Part shown: positions 12,840 to 25,470 of the stretch, piece by piece
Layout of the letters: each line of letters begins with the position of its first letter
How positions within the stretch are numbered: position 1 is the stretch's first letter
From: Octopus sinensis
Lineage: Eukaryota
Direction of reading: 5' to 3'
Assembly: GCF_006345805.1 (NCBI RefSeq)
Contig: NC_043006.1
Span: forward strand, 39,060,001-39,124,000
Length of the DNA: 64,000 nt
The notes under the pieces: model-generated
What the model was told of the DNA's origin: nothing
Seen by the model: only the letters and a program-made list of their open reading frames with translations
Databases searched by the model: none
Translations under genes and position numbers: made by a program

Positions 12840-13165
12840 AAACGATGTATTATAACAATATTCCACATATGCAAAAAGCCTAAAATAAGCCTAGTATTTC
12901 TATCAGTCTCCTTTGTCAAACCGCTATGTTACAGGGATGCAAACGCACCAGCATCAGTTGTCAAGGGATGTTGGGGTGGGGGGACAAACACAGACACACA
13001 AACATATACACACACATACATATATACATATATGACGGGCTTCTTTCAGTTTACATCGACCAAATCCACTCACAAGGTTTTGGTTGGCCTGGGGCTATAG
13101 AAGAAGACACTTGCCCAAGGTGTCATGCAGCGGGACTGAAGCCGGAACCATGTGGAGGGTAAGCC
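12472..13165. mobile_element. Cluster of CORE-like SINE pieces in both orientations
   Basis: 5' half on + (12472-12618), 3' part on - (about 12619-12770), and a near-complete copy on - (about 12880-13165). Confidence 0.75.
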
Positions 13166-13269
13166 AGCTGTGATGATGATGATGGTGATGATGATGATGA
13201 CGGTGGTAATGATGGTGATGATGATGGTGATGATGATGATGACTGAATAATTTTTGGAAGGCTATACTT

Positions 13270-13715
13270 GAACACCGCGTTTCAGAGTACTAATGCTGGT
13301 TACCTCTCAATCAAAGAACTTCTTTCAGTGACTTCAAAAGGATGGCAACGGCAAGTAAATTGGACACGACAGGTAAACAACTTACAGCTTAAGAAGAGAT
13401 CTTGTGATTCCATTCTACCTCTTACATGTCCATACCTTATACTCAGTACACCACATAAAATTTCTGCCAACACCATTCCTACATATTGTACAGGGAAGAA
13501 AACCCTATCGTTTTCTCCCTACAACTTTTGGTCCTTACTTAGTCCTTCAATGGCAGGTTTTGATTTTATACCTGAAATTTCTTTCCCAATTATGCTACAG
13601 ATTATACTAGAATAAGATCAAGTTCCTGAGTGTAGCCAGTCTTAAATCCCTCTGTTATGGCCTGCGGGACTTCGATGAACAGGAAAGGAATGAGTACGAA
13701 ACCCTGGTGAACTAC
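13270..13715 (-). pseudogene. RTE-clade LINE reverse transcriptase fragment with a Cys-rich (PHD-like) segment
   Basis: The minus strand reads VVHQGFVLIPFLFIEVPQAITEGFKTGYTQELDLILV..LGKKFQV (motifs like HQGSVLSP and YADDL), then PCTICRNGVGRNFMWCTEYKVWTCKR. Many stops. Confidence 0.75.
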
Positions 13716-13734
13716 TAGTGGGGGTAGATAACTT

Positions 13735-13945
13735 AGTGGTTGGGATGTTGGACTCATGACAGTAATATTGTGGTTTCGATTCCTGGGTTGGGCGATGCAT
13801 TATGTTCTTGAGCAAGACACTTCATTTCATGTTGTTTCACTTAGCTGGCAAAAATGATTTATCATGTGATGGACTGACAGCCAATCCAGTAGGGGAATTT
13901 ATATGCCCTAAAAATTGGGAAACTGACCCTTATGAGTTCACGTAT
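13735..13945 (+). mobile_element. tRNA SINE with CTTGAGCAAGACACTT core (V/CORE-like)
   Basis: A box TAGTGGTT, B box GTTTCGATTCC, TTCTTGAGCAAGACACTTCA, GATGGACTGACA.CC.ATCCAG. Confidence 0.6.
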
Positions 13946-14035
13946 CTTGAGAAGGAAGGAAAGAACCTCTACACTAATTTCATTGCTGTACACATAGCTG
14001 ATTAGTACAATATTATAAGATAGATAGATGGATGG

Positions 14036-14071
<36 letters not shown>

Positions 14072-14330
14072 GCATACATATATATATATACGTGCATATA
14101 CACATACATATATATGTATATATACATACATATATGCATACATATATATATACATATACACATACATATATATACATGCATGTACACACACATATATATA
14201 CATACATATACACATATATATATACATATATATACACACATATATATAAATACATACACACAGACACATAAATATATATATATATATATACATATATCAC
14301 CGTGATCACCGTGACCGACCAGGCTATCAG

Positions 14331-14500
14331 AAAGTTGTGGTGAAAGAGTACAGCAGGGATCACCACCCCCTGCCGGAGCCTCGTGGAGCTTTTAGGTGTT
14401 TTTGCTCAATAAACACTCACAACGCCCGGTCTAGGAATCGAAACCACGATCCTACGACCGCGAGTCCACTGCCCTAACCACTAGGCCATTGCGCCTCCAC
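14331..14500 (-). mobile_element. tRNA-derived SINE, 5' part (family of 20827-21122)
   Basis: Reverse complement reads GTGGAGGCGCAATGGCCTAGTGGTTAGGGCAGTGGACTCGCGGTCGTAGGATCGTGGTTTCGATTCC, with A and B boxes. Confidence 0.8.
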
Positions 14501-14783
14501 ATATACATATATACACATACACATACATATATATATATACACATACATATATATACATACATACGCATATATACACATACATACATATAGATACATGCCT
14601 ATACATATATATATATATATATACATACATACATATACATACACATACATACATATATATGGGGCACACATGTGCATGTGTGTGATGATGATGATGATGT
14701 ATATGTGTCATCATATTTGTAAAATACACACACACGCACATGAATGTTTGTAAGCTGATATGCAAACAATACATGTTTGTGTG

Positions 14784-14830
<47 letters not shown>

Positions 14831-15835
14831 GTATGCATATCTCTGTCTATGCGTTTGATTATTTTTATTTATCCCATGTGTCTGTCCATATGCAAATTAC
14901 ATGCCTGAATAAAATATGAGCTAGAAAAAAATTTTCCATATATGAGTGAAATTACACATATATCTTTACATACACAGAGGACTATTTGAGTGCATAAGCA
15001 TGCAAAGAGTTGTGTGTCTAAATATATAAAGCAGTGTTATGATCTTGTGTAGTCTTTATATAATGCCAAACCCAAAATATAAAAACAGACAGGTCTTAGC
15101 TGTATTTATAAAAGATATTAATCTAGAATGTATGAAAATGTCACAGGTGTATTTGTCAGTCTATCTTCACCAACAAAGAATTCTATGCCCTCCACATATT
15201 CTTATATTCTGATTGTCATTTGTTGTAGATGATAATTTTTACTTCATTTTAGCGTATTTTCCTTTCAATTTTCAGAATTTAATCCATTTTCTCTCTCTCT
15301 CTCTCTCTCCCATCGCACTTACTCTCAATTATACTCAAAGCAAGTGACTTCTATTTTCAATGATATAAGTGGTCTTTAATTGTTCATGAATATAAGTGGG
15401 TTTTAATAATTAATGATGTCACTCACATAATTTTTCTAATTAAATAAATGGCTTCATTTGTTTTGTTGCTATTTTTTCAATTTTTATTGATATAAGTGAC
15501 TTCAAATATTTTTTTAATGCTATAAAATTATTCACTCTCATATTTTTGCCTGAATAATTGATATTAATTTAGATTTGTATAAATTAATTAAGATATCATC
15601 TAGATTTAGAAAAACAGTTTTAAAAATCCATTTTTTAACCATCCATGTAAATATCTCTTCATAAAACCAATTTTTAATTTTCTACAGTCATCTTCCATGA
15701 CTTATTTATATTTCGCTATTCTCATATTTTCTTCTTTTTCTTAATTTTCACTTCTTCATATTCTTTTCTTCCACAATCTTCATCTTCATCCGATTTATTT
15801 ATTTTCCCAATTATATTTTCCTTCATCATTTCTCT

Positions 15836-16030
15836 TTTAGCTTTTACTTGTTTCAGTCATTAAACTGCGACCATGCTGGGGCACTACCTGAAAGAATTTT
15901 TAGTCAAATGCATCGACCACAGCATTTATTCGTCTTTTAAGCTAGTCACTTATTCTGTCGCTCTCATTTGATGAACTGTTAAGTTATGAAGATGTTAATT
16001 GTCAAGCAGTGGTGGGGGACAAACACAAAC
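15836..16030 (-). mobile_element. CORE-like SINE 3' half
   Basis: TTTTACTTGTTTCAGTCATT.ACTGCG.CCATGCTGGGGCAC..., the reverse complement of the SINE tail. Confidence 0.75.
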
Positions 16031-16047
16031 AAAGCCACACACACACA

Positions 16048-16297
16048 TGAATAGTAATATTTTTTTATAAGCTTAAAACTTATAAGCGATCACCATGTAT
16101 TGGCAAGAATAAATAGTCTAATATTGAGGCATATAAGCTCTTGATGGAAAAAAAGTAGGGTGTGCTGTCCTGTGCATATGACAAAACCTAGCTTTTTTCC
16201 TTGAAGGGCTTATAAGCCCCAATATTAAACTATTTATCTTAGTCAATGCATGGTGATCACTTATAAGCTTTAAGCTTATAAAAAATATCATTATCAT
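16048..16297. mobile_element. Fold-back MITE-like palindrome (~110-bp arms)
   Basis: The left arm ATATTTTTTTATAAGCTTAAAACTTATAAGCGATCACCATGTATTG mirrors the right arm CAATGCATGGTGATCACTTATAAGCTTTAAGCTTATAAAAAATAT. Confidence 0.75.
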
Positions 16298-16473
16298 TTA
16301 CAGAAGTGTCGAATTCAGCACCATATGTCAAATAATCACATATATATATAGGTAGGTACATAGAGTTAGCGGTTAAAGTAACTGCCTAAGGGATAAGAAT
16401 ATCTGTTATTACTACTATGTTAACCCTGGGTGTTAGTCAATTTGTTAATCAAAAGTCTTCTCCATTTTCTGCT

Positions 16474-16530
<57 letters not shown>

Positions 16531-16534
16531 TATA

Positions 16535-16690
16535 TGTAACAGGTTTCTTTCAGCTTCCCTCTTTCAAATCCACTCACAAGGCTTCGGTTGGCCTGAGGCT
16601 CTAGTAGTAGACATTTATCCAATGTGACATGCAGTGAAACTGAACCTAAAATCATGTGGTTGGGAAGCAAGCTTCTTACCACCCAGTCAC
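16535..16690 (-). mobile_element. CORE-like SINE 5' half
   Basis: TTTCTTTCAG.TTCC....CAAATCCACTCACAAGGCTT...AGAAGACA-like core and tRNA head. Confidence 0.7.
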
Positions 16691-17332
16691 ATCTTCCACA
16701 TTATTCTTCTATTTCATTTTCCAAAATGTTCTTCTCCTTCCATAATACTCTTCCACCATAATCTTCCATTACTTCCTCCTCCTCCGCCTCATCCAATATC
16801 AACACTTCCTCCACCCTTCCTCTTCCCCTCACCCTATATCTCTTCCACAAATGAATAGCTGTTTGCTTTACTTTCTCTTCTTTCACAATGCTATCAATCC
16901 CTGCTAAAAACCACTCTTGATAAATAAAAAAAAATGCAGGTAGTTCATCTTTTATTATATTTTTACCTTGCTTTTTCAATTTGATGAAATAAAAAAAACA
17001 AAAAAAAACAACAAACAAAACCAACTCAAATTCAAAGTGTAACTTCTAGAACATATCCATAAAATAAACACACACATATATATATATATATATATTTTTT
17101 TTTGTTATTTCAATACAGTTAGAAGCAATAAACAAGTTACAAAGGTGCAAAGTCTCCAATATTACCGATTTGGTATTTACTGTTAATATAAAAACCATGA
17201 ACACTGATGGTCGAAGACATGATGATAAGAGTTTTATGAAAAGCTACATGAAACTTACAGATGATTATGAGAGAAAAAAAATCTTTCCAATAAAACTTTT
17301 TAGAAATTCTTTACTTTTTGTGTGTATGGATT

Positions 17333-17367
<35 letters not shown>

Positions 17368-17372
17368 GCATA

Positions 17373-17406
<34 letters not shown>

Positions 17407-17429
17407 TATATATATATGCATAATATATA

Positions 17430-17490
<61 letters not shown>

Positions 17491-18084
17491 ATATATATCT
17501 ATATATATATATATGTATAATATAAATATGCTATATATTATGTATGTATATATTATACTTGATATATATATATGACATATATTTATGTAAAATATATACA
17601 TATATATACGCATACATATGTGTGTGTATGTATGTGTGTGTGTGTGTAGGCATATGTATGTATTTATGCATAGTTTCTTTTATAGTATTTTTAGTTTTGT
17701 TATATATTTATATTGTTTATTTTTTTAGTATTTTCATGGCTGCTAATCATGGTCACACAGATAAGGTCAACAAGTATGTGTGTGTACAAATATATGTTAC
17801 ATACTTATATGCATATATGCATGTATATATATATACATATGCACAGGTACACACATATATATCTACATATATTTGTATATATAGATGTATGTATGCATGT
17901 AGATATGGTGCATATATATATATACTTAACATACACATTATACATACATTTATTTATAAATATATTTTATATCTTATGTATGCGTGTGTATATATATATG
18001 TGCATATTATATCAATAATAGATAAAAATATTTACCTATGTATTCATATTCATTTATTATTCATAAATACATACATACACACAC

Positions 18085-18131
<47 letters not shown>

Positions 18132-18294
18132 TAAAAGTAATAAATGTTTACACACATCTTTATGTTTATTATTATTCATATATATACATACACACACACA
18201 CACACACACACACAGATGTACATGTTATACTGAATTATACATAAAATAGTACTCAGAGAAAATCAAAACTCTATCGTAGACTTTGCCTTGCAGA

Positions 18295-18334
<40 letters not shown>

Positions 18335-18755
18335 CCTATGTGTGGGTGGCAGGTATGTTTGTGTGTGTTTGGGGTATATATCGTAAGGTAGAAAAAACAA
18401 ATTTCTAAGCCAGGTAAGTAAGTGAAAAGATATCAAAATAAATATCCAGAAATATCCGTAAGAAAACATATTTTCAGAGACTTTTTTTTTTATTACCTGC
18501 ACAAATATATATTTCTATACACTAACACGCACAAAGATTTTCACCTGTGTGTGTGACTATGTGTGTGTTTTTATACATGTAAGTATGTATGCACATATAT
18601 ACAATATATATGTGTATACGCACATATAAATATGCATATATACATACAAACATTCACACAAGTATACATTCACACACACACATAACATATATGTTTATGC
18701 ATATAATAATAATAATAATAATAATGATATAATAATAATAATAATAATAATAATG

Positions 18756-18797
<42 letters not shown>

Positions 18798-18832
18798 TAA
18801 TGATAATAATAATAATAAAAATAATAATAATG

Positions 18833-18883
<51 letters not shown>

Positions 18884-18904
18884 GTTATAGTAGTTTCAAA
18901 TTAT

Positions 18905-19066
18905 GTCAGCAATTTTGCAAGGGCGGATGAATCAGTTATATCAACCCCAGTGTTCAACTGGTACTTATTTTATCGAACCCGACCTCGGTGGAATTTGAAC
19001 TCAGAACATAGCGATGGGCAAAATACCACTAAGCATTTTGGCTGGCATGCTAACGTTTCTGGCAAA
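18905..19066 (-). mobile_element. Meta-like SINE (subfamily B)
   Basis: CAACTGGTACTTATTTTATCGAACCCG..CTCGGTGGAATTTGAACTCAGAAC. Confidence 0.75.
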
Positions 19067-19089
19067 TAATAATGATAACATTAATAAAG

Positions 19090-19154
19090 TAGTATAGTGG
19101 TAAGTATCCCCGCCTGTCACGTGGGATTCCGGGGTTCGATTTCCCGCCGGGGAG
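19090..19154 (+). pseudogene. tRNA-Asp(GTC) copy lacking the 5' acceptor strand
   Basis: TAGTATAGTGGTAAGTATCCCCGCCTGTCACGTGGGATTCCGGGGTTCGATTTCCCGCCGGGGAG matches animal tRNA-Asp from position 8 onward. Positions 1-7 are replaced by AATAAAG, so the acceptor stem cannot form. Confidence 0.85.
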
Positions 19155-19217
19155 GTGAGTTATTAACGATGGTGCATCAGCATGGCCGCAGCTCTGAGCT
19201 GAAACAAAAAGAAAAAA

Positions 19218-20229
19218 AGGAAAGAATGGTGGCAGAGGACTAATTAGTATAGATCACTGTATAAGGAGTGAAAGGAGAACGCTTGCAGAGCCTTTGATAA
19301 ATAGTGATAAAGACCTGCTGCACTATGCCGTGAAAGACATGGGTGTAAATGCAGATGAAATGATGGGCAAAGAAGAATTTAATCAAAGAGCTGAGGAGAA
19401 GAGAAAATACCTTCTTGAAATGAGAATGCATGGACAGTTTGAAAGGAATAGACAGGATGTTAAGGATAATACAGCATCGTGGGTATGGCTTGAGCGAAGT
19501 GATTTGAAGCATACCACCAAAAGTCTGATCATTGCTGCACAAGACCAGGCTCTCGCTACCAATTCAGTGAAGTATAACATCTATAAAACTTCTGACACCC
19601 AGAAATGCAGACTGTGGAAAGAGTGTGGAAAATGTGACCCACTTTGTAAGTGGATGTGAGAGCCTTGCACAAAAAGAATAAAAGTGCCACCATGATAAAG
19701 TGTGTGTGTATATCTTCATTGGCTCTTATGCCGTAAATGCCAATATGAAGTAACAGAGAACTGGTATGAGCATGTATCAAGTAAATTTATGCAGGAGGAT
19801 GGAAAAATAATGATACTCTGAGACTATGATTTTCAGACGGATCATGTAATCAAACACCGTCGGCCGGATATTGTCATATTGAAAAAGAGAGACAAATACT
19901 GTCAGATCACTGATGTAGCCAGACCAAATGACATGAATGTTGTGAGAGAAGAGGTTGAAAAAAATCACCAAGTATTCCGAATTGAAAGTGGAAATAGCAA
20001 GACTATGGAATGCGAGAGGGTAATGTAAAAGTGATACCAGTGGTGATTGGAACATTGGGATCAATCCCATTGAAACTTCAAAACTTCTTAAGGCAACTGG
20101 AAATCCTATGCAAGATGTCTTGCAAAAAGAAGCCTTATTGGGCAGAGTGCACATCTTAAGGTAAGTATTACCTGTCTGAGGTCCTTGTTGTGACTTGACC
20201 GATGACTAAAAACTCTGGTGCATTTTTAC
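19218..20229 (+). mobile_element. 5'-truncated R4/Dong-clade non-LTR retrotransposon (RLE endonuclease), decayed
   Basis: GGRGLISIDHC, MHGQF, SWVWLERSDLK..T.SLIIAAQDQALATN, CRL (CCHC finger), RHDKV, IHW.LCRK, RRPDIVI..D.A.P.D..EK (PD-D/ExK), PVVIG.LG, LQKEALLG..HILR. The 3' UTR is followed by (TAA)n. Confidence 0.9.
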
Positions 20230-20247
20230 CTACACTGTGTTACGAAG

Positions 20248-20301
<54 letters not shown>

Positions 20302-20309
20302 TAATAATT
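20230..20309. repeat. (TAA)n tail or target of the Dong-like element
   Basis: Near-perfect AAT repeats directly after the 3' UTR. Confidence 0.85.
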
Positions 20310-20334
20310 AAAATAGAAGAATGTGAAGCATGTG

Positions 20335-20605
20335 AAGAATAAAGGTTGTGCCTATAGTAATTGGTGCATTGGGAACAGTAAACCAAGAGAGAGACAAATG
20401 GCTAAAGGATATTGAATGCCTGGTAGAGCTCCTACGGAAAGTTTAGGAACAGCAAAGTTTAGAGACAGAAAATTAGGGACAGCAGGAATTATCAAGGAGG
20501 GTTCTAAACACTTGAAAGACTGTTGGAAAACTTCCTACCAGGAATAAGACCAAACCTGAGCCAAACCAAAATAATAATAATAATAATAGTAATAATAATA
20601 ATAAT
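20335..20605 (+). mobile_element. 3' end of a second, divergent R4-like element with (TAA)n tail
   Basis: KVVPIVIGALGTV..KWLKDI..ELLRKV..LGTAGII.RVL, followed by AAT repeats. Confidence 0.65.
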
Positions 20606-20609
20606 GGAT

Positions 20610-20812
20610 TCAAACTTTGGCACAAATCTAGCATTTGAGAGGAAAGGCTAACTCAATTAGATCGACCCCAGTCCACAACTGGTACTTAGTTTATTGACCT
20701 TGGAAGAATTAAAGGCAAAGTCACTCTTAGTAGAATTTGAACTCAAAGTGTAATGATGGATGAAATGCTGCTAAGCATTTTGCCCGGCATGCTAATGATT
20801 CTGCCAGCCTGC
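20610..20812 (-). mobile_element. Meta-like SINE (subfamily B)
   Basis: Same core as 18905-19066. Confidence 0.7.
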
Positions 20813-20826
20813 TACATTGTCTCAGT

Positions 20827-21122
20827 TGTTGTTTGTTCCTTGTCGAGCCACACCTGGCTCATAAGGGCCGGTTTTCCGGTTTCCTTGGCGTATAGGTTCC
20901 CCACCTGGACAGGACGCCAGGTGAGCTGCTAGATGCAGGAGGAAAGAGTGAAAGAAAGTTGTGGCGAAAGAGTCAGCAGAAGTTCGCCATTACCTTCTGC
21001 CGGAGTCAGGTGGCACCTAGGTGTTTCGCTCATAAACACACACATCGCCCAGTCTGAGATTTGAACCCACGATCCTTCGACTGCGAGTCCGCTGCTCTAA
21101 CCACTAGGCCATGTGCCTCCAC
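20827..21122 (-). mobile_element. Full-length tRNA SINE with 13-bp TSD
   Basis: Head GTGGAGGCACATGGCCTAGTGGTTAGAGCAGCGG...GGTTCAAATC; tail GGCTCGACAAGGAACAAACAACAA. TSD ACATTGTCTCAGT at 20814-20826 and 21123-21135. Confidence 0.88.
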
Positions 21123-21514
21123 ACATTGTCTCAGTGTGAAAGACGGGCTACAGAATATATTTTGCTATTCCCTGATGCAGTACCAGGCAGTGGCTTTCAT
21201 GGCTTCTGATTTTAACTGATTAGAAGTGTTATCATGTACATTGTTTTGTTTTGGTATAAAAGATGGGCTACAACAAATATTCTGCTCAGAACCACAGATT
21301 TGCTTGTCACTTGTTTGACCTTAACTACTTGAGCAAGTCCCTTAGTGGCTGACAATATCTGCATGAGCAGAAGTAGTAGGGGAGTATCATAGCCATGTGT
21401 TGAGAGGGATTCTTGGGGTTTGGATAATTCACCTTTGGAAACATGGGTGTTTCGTTCAACACCTCTAAACAAACCTTATTCAGGGACCGTTTGAGCAGGA
21501 CGGGCTGAAAAGAT

Positions 21515-21925
21515 TATCTTTTATCTTTTGCTTGTTTCAGTCACTGGACTATGGCCATGCTGGAGCACTGCCTTGAAAAATTTTTAGTCGAATGAATCAA
21601 CCCGAGTGCTTGTTTTTTATAAACCTGGTACTTATTCTATTGGTCCCTTTCACTGAACTGTTAAGTTACAGGGATGTAAACAGACCAACACTGGTTGTCA
21701 GGCAGTGGTAGGGAACTATCACAGGCTCAAATACACGTGTGCACATGCACACACACACGTGCACACAAATACAATGGGCTTCTTACAATTTCCATCGACC
21801 AAATCTACTCAGAAAGCTTTGGTCAACATAAGGCTATAGTAGAAGACACTTGCCCAAGGTGCCACACAGCAGGATTGAACTCTGAACCCAGAACCATGTG
21901 GTTGGGAAGCAAACTGCTTCCCACA
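21515..21925 (-). mobile_element. CORE-like SINE, near full length
   Basis: Collinear reverse-complement match to 47224-47640. Confidence 0.8.
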
Positions 21926-23115
21926 CAACCAGGTCTGTACCTTCTACATGAATAGCATAAAGAGAGAAGCAGAATCGGATAAATGGAGGTTATGTAGTAT
22001 GGAAGGTGAGACCATGACCCATATTGTAAATATTTGTAAAATGGTTGCACAGTGAGTCTATGAAAAACATCATCACAAACGTTTTATGTTTGCACAGAGG
22101 TTTTATGCAAAAAAAAAAAAAAAATAGAGAGAGAAATGTATGGTTGAGAAGTAGACCAGAAGTAATACTGACAAATAACTGATAGAGACAAACAAAATGA
22201 ATCGGTGAAACGTAATACAGGATTTTAATATCCACACATATAGAGAGATAAGAGAATTGCTGACTGGATATTTCTGTGGTTGGGAAATAGGTAAAGAAAT
22301 ATTAAATGATAAATGTAGGCATTCCAGGTGAACCCATGGTATTTAACAAATATTATGAGTATATAAACTATTTGTTGCTTTGAATGGAAATTTGAAAAAT
22401 GCAGAACAGAGTCTGAAGTTGAGCCAACAGTAGCTTATCTGATGGCATATAAAACATGTGTCCAGAAAAATTCGTAGTAAAACATTTTGCTTTATAGAAA
22501 CATTCAGCATTAGACATTTCACTGTATGGACAATGATAAAGTGCATTGTAGTAGTATTTTTTAAAATATGAAAAAACTAGTGATAAAAGGATTTTAAAAA
22601 GTGTTAAATAGACAAGTCTTTATTCAATATCAAGCATTAAAAAAAAAATGAAATAATTTAAAATTAAACTTCTCACAGGGTTTGTTCCTATGGCAAAAAT
22701 GTTTGTGGTAAAGTTCCCTATAACCTTAACACATAATTTTTTTTTTCTAGCAAAATGTCTTTAAAAGAATCACTGCAGCTCCAGTATGCAAAGTTGGGCA
22801 TCTCATAAACTAATTTGGTTTCTGATGCTCACTTGCTTTTCTAAAAATGTACATCTGAAATCAGGGTGTGTTTAGCATACCCATCGGTCTTCTATGCCAT
22901 CTAATACAGCTGGTCTCATGGAGCTGGTATCTCTCCCAGAAGAAATCCCCATAAAAGGGAGAAATAAAAAAAATAGCAGAGATTCCAAAATAATCAGATT
23001 TCTACTCCTAAGTTTGTATTTTCGTCATGAAGACTATTCCAGAAAACTTTAAGAAGAGGGCACAGAAGGAAAGAATTCTAACCTTAATAAATGCTTTAGG
23101 TTTTAGCAGATATAT

Positions 23116-23326
23116 TTAACCCTTTAGCATTTAGATTATGCTGCCAAATGTAATGCTTATTTATCCATATTATCTTGAATTAATTATGCATTGTCTCATG
23201 GCTCTGAGATTTCAATAATGTGATTGCTTATTTTTAGAATGTAAGAGGCTGGATTTGACTGATTTGATCATAAAACAGGTAGAATATTTGGGCCAGGTAG
23301 GACTAGTTTAAATGCTAAAGGGTTAA
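23116..23326. mobile_element. piggyBac-type MITE (TTAA TSD)
   Basis: TTAA-CCCTTTAGCATTTA ... TAAATGCTAAAGGG-TTAA. Relatives occur at 23762-23846, 37495-37700 and 39587-39813. Confidence 0.85.
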
Positions 23327-23479
23327 TGTTTTGCTAACCAATTAATATCTCCACTAACTGTAACAAAGCAAGAATTATTATCCATCAAACCCCTGATAGT
23401 AATGCACAAATGAACATATATTTGGAGATATGTTGTGCTTGAGAAGTCTTGTTGAGTCAATTGAAATCATAATTGTGCC

Positions 23480-23762
23480 AATGCTGCCTGAATGGCACCC
23501 ATGCTGGTGGCTTGTAAAAAACACCTTTTAAGTGTGGTTGATGTCAGTGCCTCCTGATTGGCCCCCATGCCGGTGGAATGTAAAAGTCACCCACTACGCT
23601 CTCAGAGTGGCTAGCGTTAGGAAGGAAGGGCATCCAGCTGAAAAAACTTTGCCAAATCAGATTGGAGCCTTGAGCAGCCTCCTGGCTTGCCAGTCCTCAG
23701 TCAAATCATCCAACTTATGCCAGAATGGAAAGTGGATATCAAATGATGATGATGATGATGAA
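23480..23762 (+). mobile_element. RTE-tailed non-autonomous element
   Basis: Two array units, body and (GAT)n tail. Confidence 0.75.
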
Positions 23763-24520
23763 GAAGCTGGATTTGACTGATTTAAACATAGAACAGGTAA
23801 AATATTTGGGCCTGATATGGTTAACTTAAATAGTAAAAGGGTTAATGTTTTGCTAACCATTTAATATCCATTAATTGTAACAAAGCAAGAATTATTATCC
23901 ATGAATCACCGATATACATTCTTAGAGTAACCAATAATTGAATACGCATAAATATACACACACGCACACACATATACACATCACTGAAAAAGCACATATA
24001 TTCACAAACACATACATCTCGTATATATACTTACAAAGAATTATATTCAATTGCACTTTGTGTCAAAATATGTACAACCTTTCCACAAGACAACTTCAAC
24101 CAAGTCTGCAAAGGATGATGGCTGATACACAGACATGAGTCGAACACACACACACAGACATGTGTCCATGTGCACGTACACACACACACACACAATGTGA
24201 TAGTGCTGCTGATGATCATAGTGAATGCCATCATGGGATTTTTTATATTATTGTGATATTGATGATGATGACGATGATGATAATGGTTATGCTGAGAATG
24301 ATGTAAAAATGTTTGAATTTAACTGATAGAAAAATTGAATAACATTAAAGATTTGCTCAGTGAAGCGTGAACATTTTATTAAGTCAAAAATGAAAGAAAC
24401 TGGGTAATTACTAAATATATATGTATGTATATATATATATATTATATATATATATATAATATATATATACATACATATATATATATACATACATATATAT
24501 ATATACATACATATATATAT

Positions 24521-24579
<59 letters not shown>

Positions 24580-24584
24580 CATAC

Positions 24585-24637
<53 letters not shown>

Positions 24638-25224
24638 CACATACACACATCTGTATGTACATATATACATACATACATACATGTACATATCTGTATATCA
24701 GTGTGTGTATATGTATGTATATATATATATACACGTGTATAAATATGGTCATCCATGATAGACATATGTTATATATATATATTTATACACACACACACAT
24801 ATATATATATGTGTGTGTGTATGTGTCTATATATATATATATATATATACACATGTGTGTGTGTAAATCTGCAAACATGTGTGTATTTCTGAGTTTATAA
24901 AAATATGCATATGGCTATATTGGGCTAAACACATATTCGTGTGTGTATGTGTGTGTATGTGTGAGTGCATGTGTAGCAGTAGTGTGTGTGTATGTAGCAG
25001 TGGTGCATAGATATGAATGTATCAATTATGTGTACCATAACTTAGCCACCAAATTTCATATATTTTAAATTTAATTCCATTTACCTTTTGAGCAATTTCT
25101 TTATAACTTCCTTACATTAGTAAACATTAGTAAGTATATGTTTGTATTTGTAGTCATTTGTTTGTGTGTGTGTGTGTGTGTGTATGAAGTGTACAGCTTT
25201 TTAATTTCAATTTAATTTCATATG

Positions 25225-25470
25225 CTTGTGCTAGTGCCACATAAAAAGCACCTGTTCTGGTGCCACATAAAAAGCATTCATGCTGGTGGCACATATGAAG
25301 CACCTGTGCTGGTACCAACTTGTAAGCACCCTGTACACTCTGTAAAATGCTTGGTATTAGGAAGCACATCCAGCTATAGAAATTATGCCAAAACAGACCA
25401 GGTTTGCTAGCTCCTGTCGAACCATCCAACCAATGCCAACGTGGAAAATGGATACTAAAAGGTGATGATT
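25225..25470 (+). mobile_element. RTE-tailed non-autonomous element
   Basis: GTGCCACATAAAAAGCA units, GGTATTAGGAAGCACATCCAG, CCATCCAACCAATGCCAAC. Confidence 0.65.

Noticed and set aside
17119-17373. Possible + strand exon (acceptor TTTGTTATTTCAATACAG, about 70 open codons LEAINKLQRCKV...)
   Set aside because: No recognisable homology, no convincing donor before the frame runs into a microsatellite, and no partner exons.
19083-19154. Functional tRNA-Asp gene
   Set aside because: The 5' acceptor strand is missing and no T-run terminator follows; it is fused to a SINE-like tail.
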